From positions 59,708 through 123,707 of the IMG/VR virus record IMGVR_UViG_3300021420_000018: DNA of 64,000 bases, one strand, 5' to 3'. Shown in pieces: positions 52,399 to 61,090 of this stretch. The position numbers and the translations under genes are program-made. The DNA comes from a virus. Every line of letters starts with the position of its first letter. The stretch's first letter is position 1. The notes below the pieces were generated by a model that saw nothing but the letters and a program-made list of their open reading frames with translations, was not told the DNA's origin and ran no database searches.

Positions 52399-52890
52399 AT
52401 GGCCTGTCCTACCGATAATACTCTCCAAGAACGATTCTGGAAGCATGTTAATAAAAACGGACCAATCCCGGTGTCATGCCCGGAGTTGGGGCCGTGCTGG
52501 ATTTGGACCGGCTCGGCGAATCAATCCGGGTACGGGCAGATTGGCACGTCCAAAGGTTTGCAAGTAGTCCATCGGCTGCATTGGACGTGGCGACACGGCG
52601 AGATTCCACCAGGAAAAGAAGTGATGCACCGCTGCGATACCACGCGCTGCGTTCGGCTCGGGCATCTATTTCTTGGCACTCACACCGACAACATGCACGA
52701 CATGATGACGAAAGGACGAAACAACCAACCCTCTGGAGATGCACACTATCAGCGGAAGCTGACAAGGGATGATGTGGAAACGATAAGAACCTTGTGGTCG
52801 CAAGGCGTGCCGCAAACGGAACTAGCCAAACGCTACAGCAGGAAGACCAACACCATTTCTAAGATAGTTAACAGAAAGCGCTGGTTATAA
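52399..52890 (+). CDS. HNH homing endonuclease (only plus-strand gene)
   Basis: AGGAGG RBS; RFWKHV..GPCWIWTG..GYG..HR..VMHRCD..CV...HLFLGT..DN..DM..KGR; C-terminal HTH. Confidence 0.92.
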   Translation: MACPTDNTLQERFWKHVNKNGPIPVSCPELGPCWIWTGSANQSGYGQIGTSKGLQVVHRLHWTWRHGEIPPGKEVMHRCDTTRCVRLGHLFLGTHTDNMHDMMTKGRNNQPSGDAHYQRKLTRDDVETIRTLWSQGVPQTELAKRYSRKTNTISKIVNRKRWL

Positions 52891-52898
52891 AGTAGGTA

Positions 52899-53669
52899 CT
52901 AGTCCTCGTAAAATTCTCCGACGTAACCGGCCGCATTTGCGAACGCTTGGCCTTCGATATCGGAGATGGTGTAATCGGCGCGCTTGAGAGGAGCAGTGAG
53001 TTTGCCAGCCTTGCAGGCGTAAAGATCCAAATAGTTCGGGATGCCGGCAGTCAGTTCCTGATACGGCTGCGACAGAAGCATTTCAAACTGCGGGCCCCAA
53101 CCTTGAATGTGATTCTGAACGACGAGCACGCGGCCGGTCCCTAGTTGATAGCGGTAGCTGACGAGGATGGCCTTGTTGTTGTCGGACACATTGAACGTGT
53201 ACAAACCGGCGCTGACGTTGTACTGGCCAACAGCGGGGGCTCCAGTGACTTTCTGGAAAAGCTGGAAGTTGGACGCGTAGAGGACGCCCATGTCCTGCGT
53301 GAACACAGCAGAGTGGCTAACCGTGTACGTAGTGCTAACGAGCGTGGTTGCTTCTTGCACCTGCGGCACGCCGCCGCCAGGCCCCGTTCCGGAAGCGTTC
53401 GAGCCGGCCGAGATATTGTCACCAAAATACAGGTTGTTCCACGTGTCGATCGAGAACCGGCCGAAGCCTGCCTTCCACGTGATTTTCTTATCGGAGATCG
53501 CAGTGTCGTCGGGAAACTGGAACTGGCCGCGGAGTTCTTTGATGGTGGCGTCGATGGTGATATCGACGTCCTGCAGGGTAGCGAACCAAATCGGGGATGC
53601 GTTGAAAACGCCGCCGAAGAACGGCCCTGGCAATGCGAAAAGTTGTCCCGCGCCGAAAGCTATTCTCGT
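52899..53669 (-). CDS. Major tail tube protein (probable ACG start at 53669)
   Basis: F.TLQDV.I.ID.TIKEL.GQ.QFP; position between terminator-like gene and chaperones; frame open to TAA/RBS AAGAGGG. Confidence 0.8.
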   Translation of the reverse strand, partial: TRIAFGAGQLFALPGPFFGGVFNASPIWFATLQDVDITIDATIKELRGQFQFPDDTAISDKKITWKAGFGRFSIDTWNNLYFGDNISAGSNASGTGPGGGVPQVQEATTLVSTTYTVSHSAVFTQDMGVLYASNFQLFQKVTGAPAVGQYNVSAGLYTFNVSDNNKAILVSYRYQLGTGRVLVVQNHIQGWGPQFEMLLSQPYQELTAGIPNYLDLYACKAGKLTAPLKRADYTISDIEGQAFANAAGYVGEFYED

Positions 53670-53734
53670 ATGGCTACCCTCTTAAACTACGGCGCAAGGC
53701 TAGCCCAAAAAACGTGCAGGAGCAACAACCAAAA

Positions 53735-54211
53735 CTATATTCCCAACTCTACGGCGATACGCCAAAAAACCGCGATGTTGTTATCTTCGAACTCACGGCC
53801 CCATTCCGAGCCGCCGTCGATCCAGGCATTGTTGACCAGGCCGCCTAATGTCTGGCGCTCCCCGAAGGATGATGGCGTCGAACCGAGCTGCATGGCGGCA
53901 TCGATTTGGTCGGCGATATTGTTGATCGTGGTTTCGCCGTTGATTTGTGCCGTCGGATCGGACGTTACGTAAAGCCAAAGGTTGTAGTGGATCCTGTACT
54001 TGGTGAGGCCGATGTGCGCCTGTTGCCCCTGGATGTACTCTTCTGTGGCCGGACCGCCCTTGAAGAGCGTGAGAAAGGGTTTCTCGGATTCATTCACCGA
54101 CGTCCAAATCCGCGGCACGCGCGTAATGTTGGAACAGAGGGCAGCAAGTGGCGCATAGCCGCTGAGCAGATTGAAGAGTGCAACGGAAATGTCTTCACGG
54201 GCACTTTTCAT
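53735..54211 (-). CDS. Tail terminator-like protein
   Basis: RE.I..ALF.LL; QTLGGLV..WI.G; precedes the tail tube. Confidence 0.7.
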   Translation of the reverse strand: MKSAREDISVALFNLLSGYAPLAALCSNITRVPRIWTSVNESEKPFLTLFKGGPATEEYIQGQQAHIGLTKYRIHYNLWLYVTSDPTAQINGETTINNIADQIDAAMQLGSTPSSFGERQTLGGLVNNAWIDGGSEWGREFEDNNIAVFWRIAVELGI

Positions 54212-54531
54212 TGAGTGCGGAACCGCACTGCTGCGTCAAATGTCCAGACAGCCTGCTCGAGGCCTTGAAGCGCGGTGATTTTGAGCTGATACCGGCTGCC
54301 AACGGTGGCATTAAACGTGTTCGGAACGATGCCCTGGTAATTGCCGTTCGATGCCGGAATGTAGGTCAAAGGCAGGCTGTTAATCACGGGATCTGCATTG
54401 CCTTTTTCATCCATCAGAGTCGCTGCCACTGTCGCTGCGTCCAAATAAGCACCGCTCAAGAAATCCTGCAAACCAGTGACAGAAATAACCGTTGAGTTCA
54501 GCGGATAGAAAATCTGTGGATTGACGGTCAT
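54208..54531 (-). CDS. Small Ig-like virion-region protein
   Basis: Beta-rich; ATV.ATL.D..G; G.YQG. Confidence 0.6.
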   Translation of the reverse strand: MTVNPQIFYPLNSTVISVTGLQDFLSGAYLDAATVAATLMDEKGNADPVINSLPLTYIPASNGNYQGIVPNTFNATVGSRYQLKITALQGLEQAVWTFDAAVRFRTQ

Positions 54532-54535
54532 TTTT

Positions 54536-55252
54536 TTAGAAGGTGATCACGCCGCCATCGCTATCGCCGCCTGTTTCTTGAAATGCCACAGCGTAGGCAC
54601 CATTGAGACCTGCGGATGCAATCCACGTCGTAGGAGCTGTGAGTGATCCCACAGTCATGCTGTGTCCAAATCCATCTCCGAAAGACGTTGTGCCGTCGTA
54701 AGTAAACCCCGCGCCTGTTAAGCCGCTCACGGCACCAGCCCCTCCTGACATCACGACGATGAAATCACTATTCCCCGAGAGTGTCAGCGGCACTCCTGAA
54801 CACGAAGTGCATGAAGCGTTTGCAACCTTGTTTCCTGGGTTCGCCCCTGAATCTAATGCAAAACGCGGAAGCGTCGATATGGCTTCCCACACGATCACAT
54901 CGGCGGTTCCGGTGAAAGTAGTAACCGGCTGACTGAAGGACGTGATGCCGCTGTTGGATTGCAAGCAATAATAAATATCGTTCAGGTCTCCCGCTGGCGC
55001 ATATGCCGCCGGAGCATTGGGAGCATGCACCCAGGGAAGGGCGCAGGCGCCCGAAGGTGGTGCGCCCATCACATCGGTAAAAGCATTATCTTCGAATCCA
55101 ACCACAAGAAGATGGTTTGCTCCGGTCGCTGAAAGAGAAACTACACAAGGGCTAACCGTGCAACCGGCTGCAATGTGTTGCACCTGGGTTTGCGTCCAAG
55201 CGCGAGCTTCCGGAATGAAGGCTAAGAACAACAATGCTGTCAATATTCTCAC
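54536..55252 (-). CDS. Signal-peptide-bearing beta-rich protein ending DGGVITF
   Basis: MRILTALLFLAFIPEARA; Cys pairs. Confidence 0.7.
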   Translation of the reverse strand: MRILTALLFLAFIPEARAWTQTQVQHIAAGCTVSPCVVSLSATGANHLLVVGFEDNAFTDVMGAPPSGACALPWVHAPNAPAAYAPAGDLNDIYYCLQSNSGITSFSQPVTTFTGTADVIVWEAISTLPRFALDSGANPGNKVANASCTSCSGVPLTLSGNSDFIVVMSGGAGAVSGLTGAGFTYDGTTSFGDGFGHSMTVGSLTAPTTWIASAGLNGAYAVAFQETGGDSDGGVITF

Positions 55253-55267
55253 GGTACGATTCTACTC

Positions 55268-58200
55268 CTAACTGGCCACCTTTATGCTAGCTGCAATTAC
55301 CGCACTGTTCACTGAAGGCGTTCCCACAACCTGCGATGCAACCGAAGGCGTTCCCAAAACCAGCGGCGTCACGGAAATAGAAGCAAAAATGAACCCGATG
55401 TTCGGCGGTTGCAACTCCACAAATACAGCGCCAGAGCTCGCCAGCACGGCCATGTCAAAGGTTCGGTTGATCCAGCTTTGGTAGGCTGGTCCGAACTTAT
55501 CGATGCTGACGGTTTCTGGCCTTAGCAGGGCTCCGGCGTCGATTACGGACTGGCCAAGCTCTGCTGTCCTCTTCGCCAAATATGTCGGCTGCGAAGCCGG
55601 CTGCCACCACTTGTCGAAGCTGACGATCTCCGTTAGGACGAGCGTTTGACCAGAAGCAGCCGGGACGGCGGAATTGAATGGCCGATTGACCCAGGCTTGG
55701 TAGTCAGGCGCCCACTTATCGATCCTGATCGTTTCAGGCTTCGGATCAATGATGAATTGCTGCAGCTCCGCAGAACGCTTTGGCAGATACGTTGGTTGAG
55801 AAGTAGGCTGCCACCATTTGTCGAGCAGAATCTTCTCTGGCGGCGGTATTACGGTCTGAGTGAGATCAGCCGAGCGCGTCGGCAAATATGTCGGTTGCGA
55901 GGCTGGTTTCCACCACTTATCTAGCGTGACCGTTTCGATAGGCGGCTGAGGGATGTAAATGCCGCCCGATGCTTGCTGAACGGCTGAATTAAATGGACGG
56001 TTTACCCATGCCTGATAGTCAGGAGCCCACTTGTCCAGACTGAACAGCTCCGATGGAGCTATTACGGTCTGAGTTAAATCTGGCGTTCTTGCAGGCAGCC
56101 GTGTGGGGACAGATGCCGGCTGCCACCACTTATCAAGTGTTACGACTTCCGGCGGAATGATGACAATTAAGCCGCCACTTGTGTACGTCGCTACCGGCCA
56201 GAGCCGCGGAATACGATCCGGATAATTAGGATTGAATTTATCGATGCGAACTGTTTCTTGCAGCGTGAGCTGCTTCGCATCGATTGCCGCCATTCCGGAA
56301 GCTGCCTCGGCGGCATAGATCTTCTTTTGCAGCGACAGGTAAGCGGCCGGGTATTCTGGCTGTTCCATCCACGCATCGACGTGAACGGCTTCCTTCTGCG
56401 TGAGTAGCTTTGGATCAATTACAGACTGGCCAAGTTCTGGACACCGCTTTGCTAAATACGTCGGCTGAGCTGCGGGCTGCCACCACTTATCTATCGTGAC
56501 AAGTTCGCCAGACTTAAGCAGAACAGTTGGATCGATTACCGTCTGGCCGAGAACAACGCAACGAGCCGCCAAACGCGGTGCGATGTCCACATAGTCGGCT
56601 TGGAACTTTTCAACGAAGACAGCTTCAGATGCGGTCGAAATAGCTGTGATTGCCCCGGAGGCTGGCTGCGATGCAGGACGAACCAAACGATCTGGATATA
56701 CAGCCGGAACTTCAGTGATCAGCACTGCCTGGCCAGGATCGCGGACGATCTGAGTTAATTCAGCGACACGCTTTGGCAGGTAAGTCGGCTGAGATGGAGG
56801 CTCAAACCACTTGTCGAGACTGACAACTTCTCCGGAACTCCATGCCAATCCAGAAACGTAGGTCGCTTGTGAAAACGCTCTAGCTAGCGAAACTGGATAA
56901 TCGGGCAGCCACTTATCAGGTGTGATCGTTTCGGAAACTAATACCGGCAAAACGGATGCCGGTGCAAGCGCAGCGAACGACGGGATCTTCGCGATGCTAT
57001 CCGGGTAGCTGGCTTTGAACTTGTCGGTTGAAACAGCTTCCTGGGCTGTAGAGACGACATTGACAGAGCCAGATGCCGCGTATGTTGCTATCGCAAACGG
57101 CCTGGCGAATTGGCTTGGGTAATCCGCATACATCGGCGAATAGGCGCCGTGCAGCGTGAGGAAGGCCTGTTGGTGTCCAGGGACAGTAAATAGATCGTAT
57201 GGGTAGGGCGGCCGGACTGGATCAGGCTGCTCATGCCACCACTTGTCAATGGTGATTACTTCGACTACCGCCGTCGACGGGCCAACAAAGGCGCTGCCTG
57301 AACTGACGCCAGTGCGACGGCGTAAGAACGATTGCGAGGATGGTTGGCCCCACGCATCGATTGATCCTGGAACTACCGTTGCGGCCACTACGAATGGACT
57401 GCTATAGCCAGATGTCAGATATGCAGGGCTGAATGGACGCGGGAAACTGTCTGGATATGTGGATTTGAACTTATCAACCGAAACAGTTTCTTTTTGCGTC
57501 AGGAGTTTCGGATCATTTACGCTCTGCCCAAGTTCCGCTGATCGTTTAACCTGATAAGTCGGCTGGCTCGCCGGCTGACCCCATTTGTCGAGAAGTATCA
57601 GCTCGATCGGAGTGATGTATATGCCACCGCTAGCCGTGTAAGTAGCTCGCGGATAGGGGCGCGCATTCCAAACCGGATAGGTCGGTCCGAAGCGGTCAAT
57701 GCTGACCGTTTCTTGCTGCGTCAGGGATTTCGCATCGGTGACCGATTGGCCTGGCTCATTGCGACGCGGCTGATAGGTTGGCTGAGATACTGGCTCAAAC
57801 CACTTGTCGATGGTTATCGTTTCAGCGGCGGCTACGACCTGAACAATGGATGGTTCTGGCGCAAACGACGCAATCCTAGAAGGAACAAATAATGGCTGCG
57901 ATGGCGGCTCAAACCACTTATCAAGAGAAATAACCTCGCCACCAACGAAAACACTGCCCGAGCAAACGCCGGTACGTCGCCGCAAGCTCGGCTGCAATGA
58001 CGGCTGGCCCCACTTGTCGAGCGTGACGACTTCCGCAGCTGCGGCAAAGACAAACGGCCCAGTGGCACCAGAAGCGATATACGTTGCTGCTGGATATGGT
58101 CTCGGTAGTGAGCTCGGATAATTCGGATGCCAGTGATCCTCGTAGCCGTGAATGTAGGCAAAAGCCTGCTGATGACCAGGGACGGTGAACAGATCAAGCG

Positions 58201-59260
58201 GATAAGGCCGGGGCAGCCAGTCGGGATAGGCCGGTTTGAACTTGCTGATGGTGACTTGCTCTTTTTGCGTGAGCAGATTCGGATCAGTAACCGACTGACC
58301 TTGCTCACTGCGACGCGGCTGATAGGTCGGCTGAGATACTGGCTCAAACCACTTGTCGATGGTTATCGTTTCAGCGGCGGCAGGAGTGAAAACTGGTGCG
58401 CTGGATCCAGAAGCTGCATAGGCTGCTTCGGGATATGGTCGCGCTATCGATGCGGGATAATTCGGATGCCAGTGATCCTCGTAGCCGTGAATATAAGCAA
58501 AGGCCTGTTGATGACCTGGAACAGTAAAAAGATCAAAAGGATATGGTTGTTTGAGCGGTTGCGAAGGTGGCTCAAACCATTTATCGATGGTGACCGTCTC
58601 TGCTGGTACGGTAATTGGTGCAACGGTCTGGGTTAAATCAGCAGTGCGCTTAAGCTGGATCGGAACAATCGCAGGGAACTCCGGACGCCAACTCCCATTG
58701 CCCGGATAATCAAGAACGCCAAAGTTGCGTTCATTGCCAGACGAAGCGGATAGTGCCGCCGGATATCCTTGAGGTCTATATGTTGGCTGGGAAGTTGGCT
58801 GCCACCATCGATCTAAAAAGACTGGAGGTGGCGGAACGAATGCACTTCCGGAACACACGCCATAATTGCGACGGCGCAAATATTGCGATGGCGGTGGCTG
58901 ACCGAATTTGTCGAGAAACGGTTCTTCTGGCTCTGATGCCTGTTCTACGTCGGATGGCGCTTGGCCGGATGAAGCGGAGAGCGCTGCATAGTAGTTCCAC
59001 TGCGGACTGCGTGGAACGATCGAAGTATATTCAGGCCGCCAATTACCATTACCGGGATAATCCTTGACGTCGAAGTTGCGCTGGCTTCCTGAAGCGGTCG
59101 ATAGAACGATTACAAATGCTGCTGCTGCGATAGCCCAATTTCTCTGCGGCGGTGTCGGCGGCTGCATCCACGCTTCGGGGTGAACCGTTTCGGCAGTATT
59201 CGGCGGGGTTACGACCGGCTGGACTTTTTCTTGATATTGCCAGCGGCGCGGCATGGTCAA
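55268..59260 (-). CDS. Large Pro/Trp-rich repeat protein (about 30 DK[WF] repeats)
   Basis: Repeats E.V.[IL]DKW.QP.SQPTY.P.R and DKF.P.YP...RP. Confidence 0.85.
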   Translation of the reverse strand: MTMPRRWQYQEKVQPVVTPPNTAETVHPEAWMQPPTPPQRNWAIAAAAFVIVLSTASGSQRNFDVKDYPGNGNWRPEYTSIVPRSPQWNYYAALSASSGQAPSDVEQASEPEEPFLDKFGQPPPSQYLRRRNYGVCSGSAFVPPPPVFLDRWWQPTSQPTYRPQGYPAALSASSGNERNFGVLDYPGNGSWRPEFPAIVPIQLKRTADLTQTVAPITVPAETVTIDKWFEPPSQPLKQPYPFDLFTVPGHQQAFAYIHGYEDHWHPNYPASIARPYPEAAYAASGSSAPVFTPAAAETITIDKWFEPVSQPTYQPRRSEQGQSVTDPNLLTQKEQVTISKFKPAYPDWLPRPYPLDLFTVPGHQQAFAYIHGYEDHWHPNYPSSLPRPYPAATYIASGATGPFVFAAAAEVVTLDKWGQPSLQPSLRRRTGVCSGSVFVGGEVISLDKWFEPPSQPLFVPSRIASFAPEPSIVQVVAAAETITIDKWFEPVSQPTYQPRRNEPGQSVTDAKSLTQQETVSIDRFGPTYPVWNARPYPRATYTASGGIYITPIELILLDKWGQPASQPTYQVKRSAELGQSVNDPKLLTQKETVSVDKFKSTYPDSFPRPFSPAYLTSGYSSPFVVAATVVPGSIDAWGQPSSQSFLRRRTGVSSGSAFVGPSTAVVEVITIDKWWHEQPDPVRPPYPYDLFTVPGHQQAFLTLHGAYSPMYADYPSQFARPFAIATYAASGSVNVVSTAQEAVSTDKFKASYPDSIAKIPSFAALAPASVLPVLVSETITPDKWLPDYPVSLARAFSQATYVSGLAWSSGEVVSLDKWFEPPSQPTYLPKRVAELTQIVRDPGQAVLITEVPAVYPDRLVRPASQPASGAITAISTASEAVFVEKFQADYVDIAPRLAARCVVLGQTVIDPTVLLKSGELVTIDKWWQPAAQPTYLAKRCPELGQSVIDPKLLTQKEAVHVDAWMEQPEYPAAYLSLQKKIYAAEAASGMAAIDAKQLTLQETVRIDKFNPNYPDRIPRLWPVATYTSGGLIVIIPPEVVTLDKWWQPASVPTRLPARTPDLTQTVIAPSELFSLDKWAPDYQAWVNRPFNSAVQQASGGIYIPQPPIETVTLDKWWKPASQPTYLPTRSADLTQTVIPPPEKILLDKWWQPTSQPTYLPKRSAELQQFIIDPKPETIRIDKWAPDYQAWVNRPFNSAVPAASGQTLVLTEIVSFDKWWQPASQPTYLAKRTAELGQSVIDAGALLRPETVSIDKFGPAYQSWINRTFDMAVLASSGAVFVELQPPNIGFIFASISVTPLVLGTPSVASQVVGTPSVNSAVIAASIKVAS
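57760..58381. repeat. Near-identical ~73-bp intragenic direct repeat (57760-57832 / 58309-58381)
   Basis: One mismatch by eye; further duplications near 58120-58190 / 58455-58530. Confidence 0.8.
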
Positions 59261-59940
59261 TAACCTACGATTTCAGGCTTCCAGTGACCAAACGGAATCG
59301 GTGGAGACTCTCGGCCAGGAACTTGGCTATCAATCACATCTACTGCCAAACCGGTTCCAGGCGTGATGATCTCCGCTGCCGATGCCGTTACGCTTTCATC
59401 TACCAGATTAGAAAACGTGCCCGTGCCGGTTGTCGTGCATTCCCAAAAGACTTGGATGTAAAGGTATTGGTTCGCTGCTAGCGTGGTGGAAGAGCCAGAA
59501 AAGGTCGCCGCAAAACGGGTTGCCGTAGTGGTCAACGTAATCAGCCCTGAATCCGCGGTGCCGATCAGCGAGACTTTTGTCACGGTCGTTGTCGTAGCCG
59601 TGACGACATAGATTTCGCAGATCGCATGGCCTGTGTGTGCACCACCTGACGCCCGGAGCAGTTCGAAATTTACCGTCCACGTGCCAGCCAGAAACGTTAC
59701 GAGCGGTTGGGTATCGTAGAACCATCCCTTGCCAGTGCCAGTGATCGTGCCGCCAGGCGTGCCGGTTACGTTCGCTCCCGGGCCCACATTGTAGTTTGTT
59801 GAAGCGACGGGAACGAACGCAGTGCCGTCCGCTGTGCCGCCAGAGGTCGCACCTTCGGTCAGGCTGAGCTGATTTACGCTAGCATTGCTGCTGACTACGC
59901 CTGAGGCGGTAGAGCGTAGGAATAGTGTGAGGGCTGCCAT
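59257..59940 (-). CDS. Thr/Gly-rich beta-sandwich virion-region protein
   Basis: 227 aa; AGTWT; coupled ORF. Confidence 0.7.
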   Translation of the reverse strand: MAALTLFLRSTASGVVSSNASVNQLSLTEGATSGGTADGTAFVPVASTNYNVGPGANVTGTPGGTITGTGKGWFYDTQPLVTFLAGTWTVNFELLRASGGAHTGHAICEIYVVTATTTTVTKVSLIGTADSGLITLTTTATRFAATFSGSSTTLAANQYLYIQVFWECTTTGTGTFSNLVDESVTASAAEIITPGTGLAVDVIDSQVPGRESPPIPFGHWKPEIVGY

Positions 59941-59943
59941 TTG

Positions 59944-60324
59944 TCAGTAAACAATAGCGTCGCGCATCTGCAAAACAGGAATCCTAACCGTCTGCAACAT
60001 GCCGGATGTCAACACGAACAGGTTGTAGAGAAAGCCAGATGGACTGATAAGCGTCACGGAAAGCGGATAGCCGCCATTCAGAATCGGCGTGACAATCAAC
60101 GGTGCGCTAAGTTGCCAGGAGTTGCCGCTGGAATCGTTCAAGATCGGGAAGTTGGAAGTATTCGTGGCAGGACTGAAAGTGGACGTTATATCGCCTATAT
60201 CGCTAACGCCAAGTACCCAGTTACCGACGGCCGGGAGTTGAATGCCTTGTTGGTCTTGCTGAAACTCAAATGGCTTGAGCGGCCCGACTGCGCCTACAGT
60301 TCCACCGCCGCCAAGTCCTGGCAT
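59944..60324 (-). CDS. Hypothetical virion-region protein
   Basis: GGTGAGG RBS. Confidence 0.65.
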   Translation of the reverse strand: MPGLGGGGTVGAVGPLKPFEFQQDQQGIQLPAVGNWVLGVSDIGDITSTFSPATNTSNFPILNDSSGNSWQLSAPLIVTPILNGGYPLSVTLISPSGFLYNLFVLTSGMLQTVRIPVLQMRDAIVY

Positions 60325-60335
60325 TTATCCTCACC

Positions 60336-61073
60336 TTAGTTTAGGGACATCATCAACGCATATTCGGGAGTCCAACTCGATCCGGTCACTGATGGCGTGA
60401 CGGCAACGTTGAGTGCACCGAACGAGTTGGCTGTGAGCCCTGTCGTGTCCACGTTGACTGCAGCGTTGCTCGATATCAGAGCACTCACATCGGCCAATGT
60501 GCCGCCAGACGGTCCGCTAGTATCAACGCTGCCACCGAACCAACAAGTCGAAGTCGTCGCAATTTCAGAAATCGTGCGATAAACCAAGGTTCCTTCAACC
60601 CGCCAGTAGCCAGCCGTGATGCTGGGAGTCGGCGTGAATGTGTTCGATGAAGCTATAAGCGTTCCGCCTGTCGTGGGGCCGTGGTAAATTCCGATGATCA
60701 AAGTGCCAGAAGCTGGTGTCGTGAGCAAACCGCCACACACGATCCGAAAAGCTTGCCCTGGAGAGGGAGCATTCTGCCCATACGGCAGCGGCAAAAACTT
60801 GTTCGCCTGCGACGTGGAAAATAGCGCCGTCAGTGAAGTCCCAGGCGTAACCGCAGCAATCGGTGAGAATAGAGCATCAGCAATTTGCGCTGAGTAGTAT
60901 TGCCGCGACGCTTCGGCCCACGGTCCGCGGTAGCGCGCGTCAGCAATGACTCTCTCCTGGATCTTGCCGGTGAGGATGTCGCTCGTGATCTTCGAGTAGA
61001 CAGCGCGCGGACGGATGATGCGACCGTTCTGGATGTTCCAATCGCTAGCGGCTAGCAATTGTGAGGCGTGCAT
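60336..61073 (-). CDS. Hypothetical virion-region protein
   Basis: AAAGGAG RBS before ATG 61073; beta-rich. Confidence 0.7.
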   Translation of the reverse strand: MHASQLLAASDWNIQNGRIIRPRAVYSKITSDILTGKIQERVIADARYRGPWAEASRQYYSAQIADALFSPIAAVTPGTSLTALFSTSQANKFLPLPYGQNAPSPGQAFRIVCGGLLTTPASGTLIIGIYHGPTTGGTLIASSNTFTPTPSITAGYWRVEGTLVYRTISEIATTSTCWFGGSVDTSGPSGGTLADVSALISSNAAVNVDTTGLTANSFGALNVAVTPSVTGSSWTPEYALMMSLN

Positions 61074-61090
61074 GTAGACTCCTTTGAAGT

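Noticed and set aside
52183-52890. HNH plus RNA as an IscB/OMEGA or HEARO RNA-guided nuclease
   Set aside because: The protein is a 163-aa ordinary phage HNH with no PLMP or RuvC motifs, and the RNA is on the opposite strand.
55268-59260. Intragenic duplications as DGR template/variable repeats
   Set aside because: No reverse transcriptase in the window, both copies are in-frame coding, and I saw no adenine-specific mismatch pattern.
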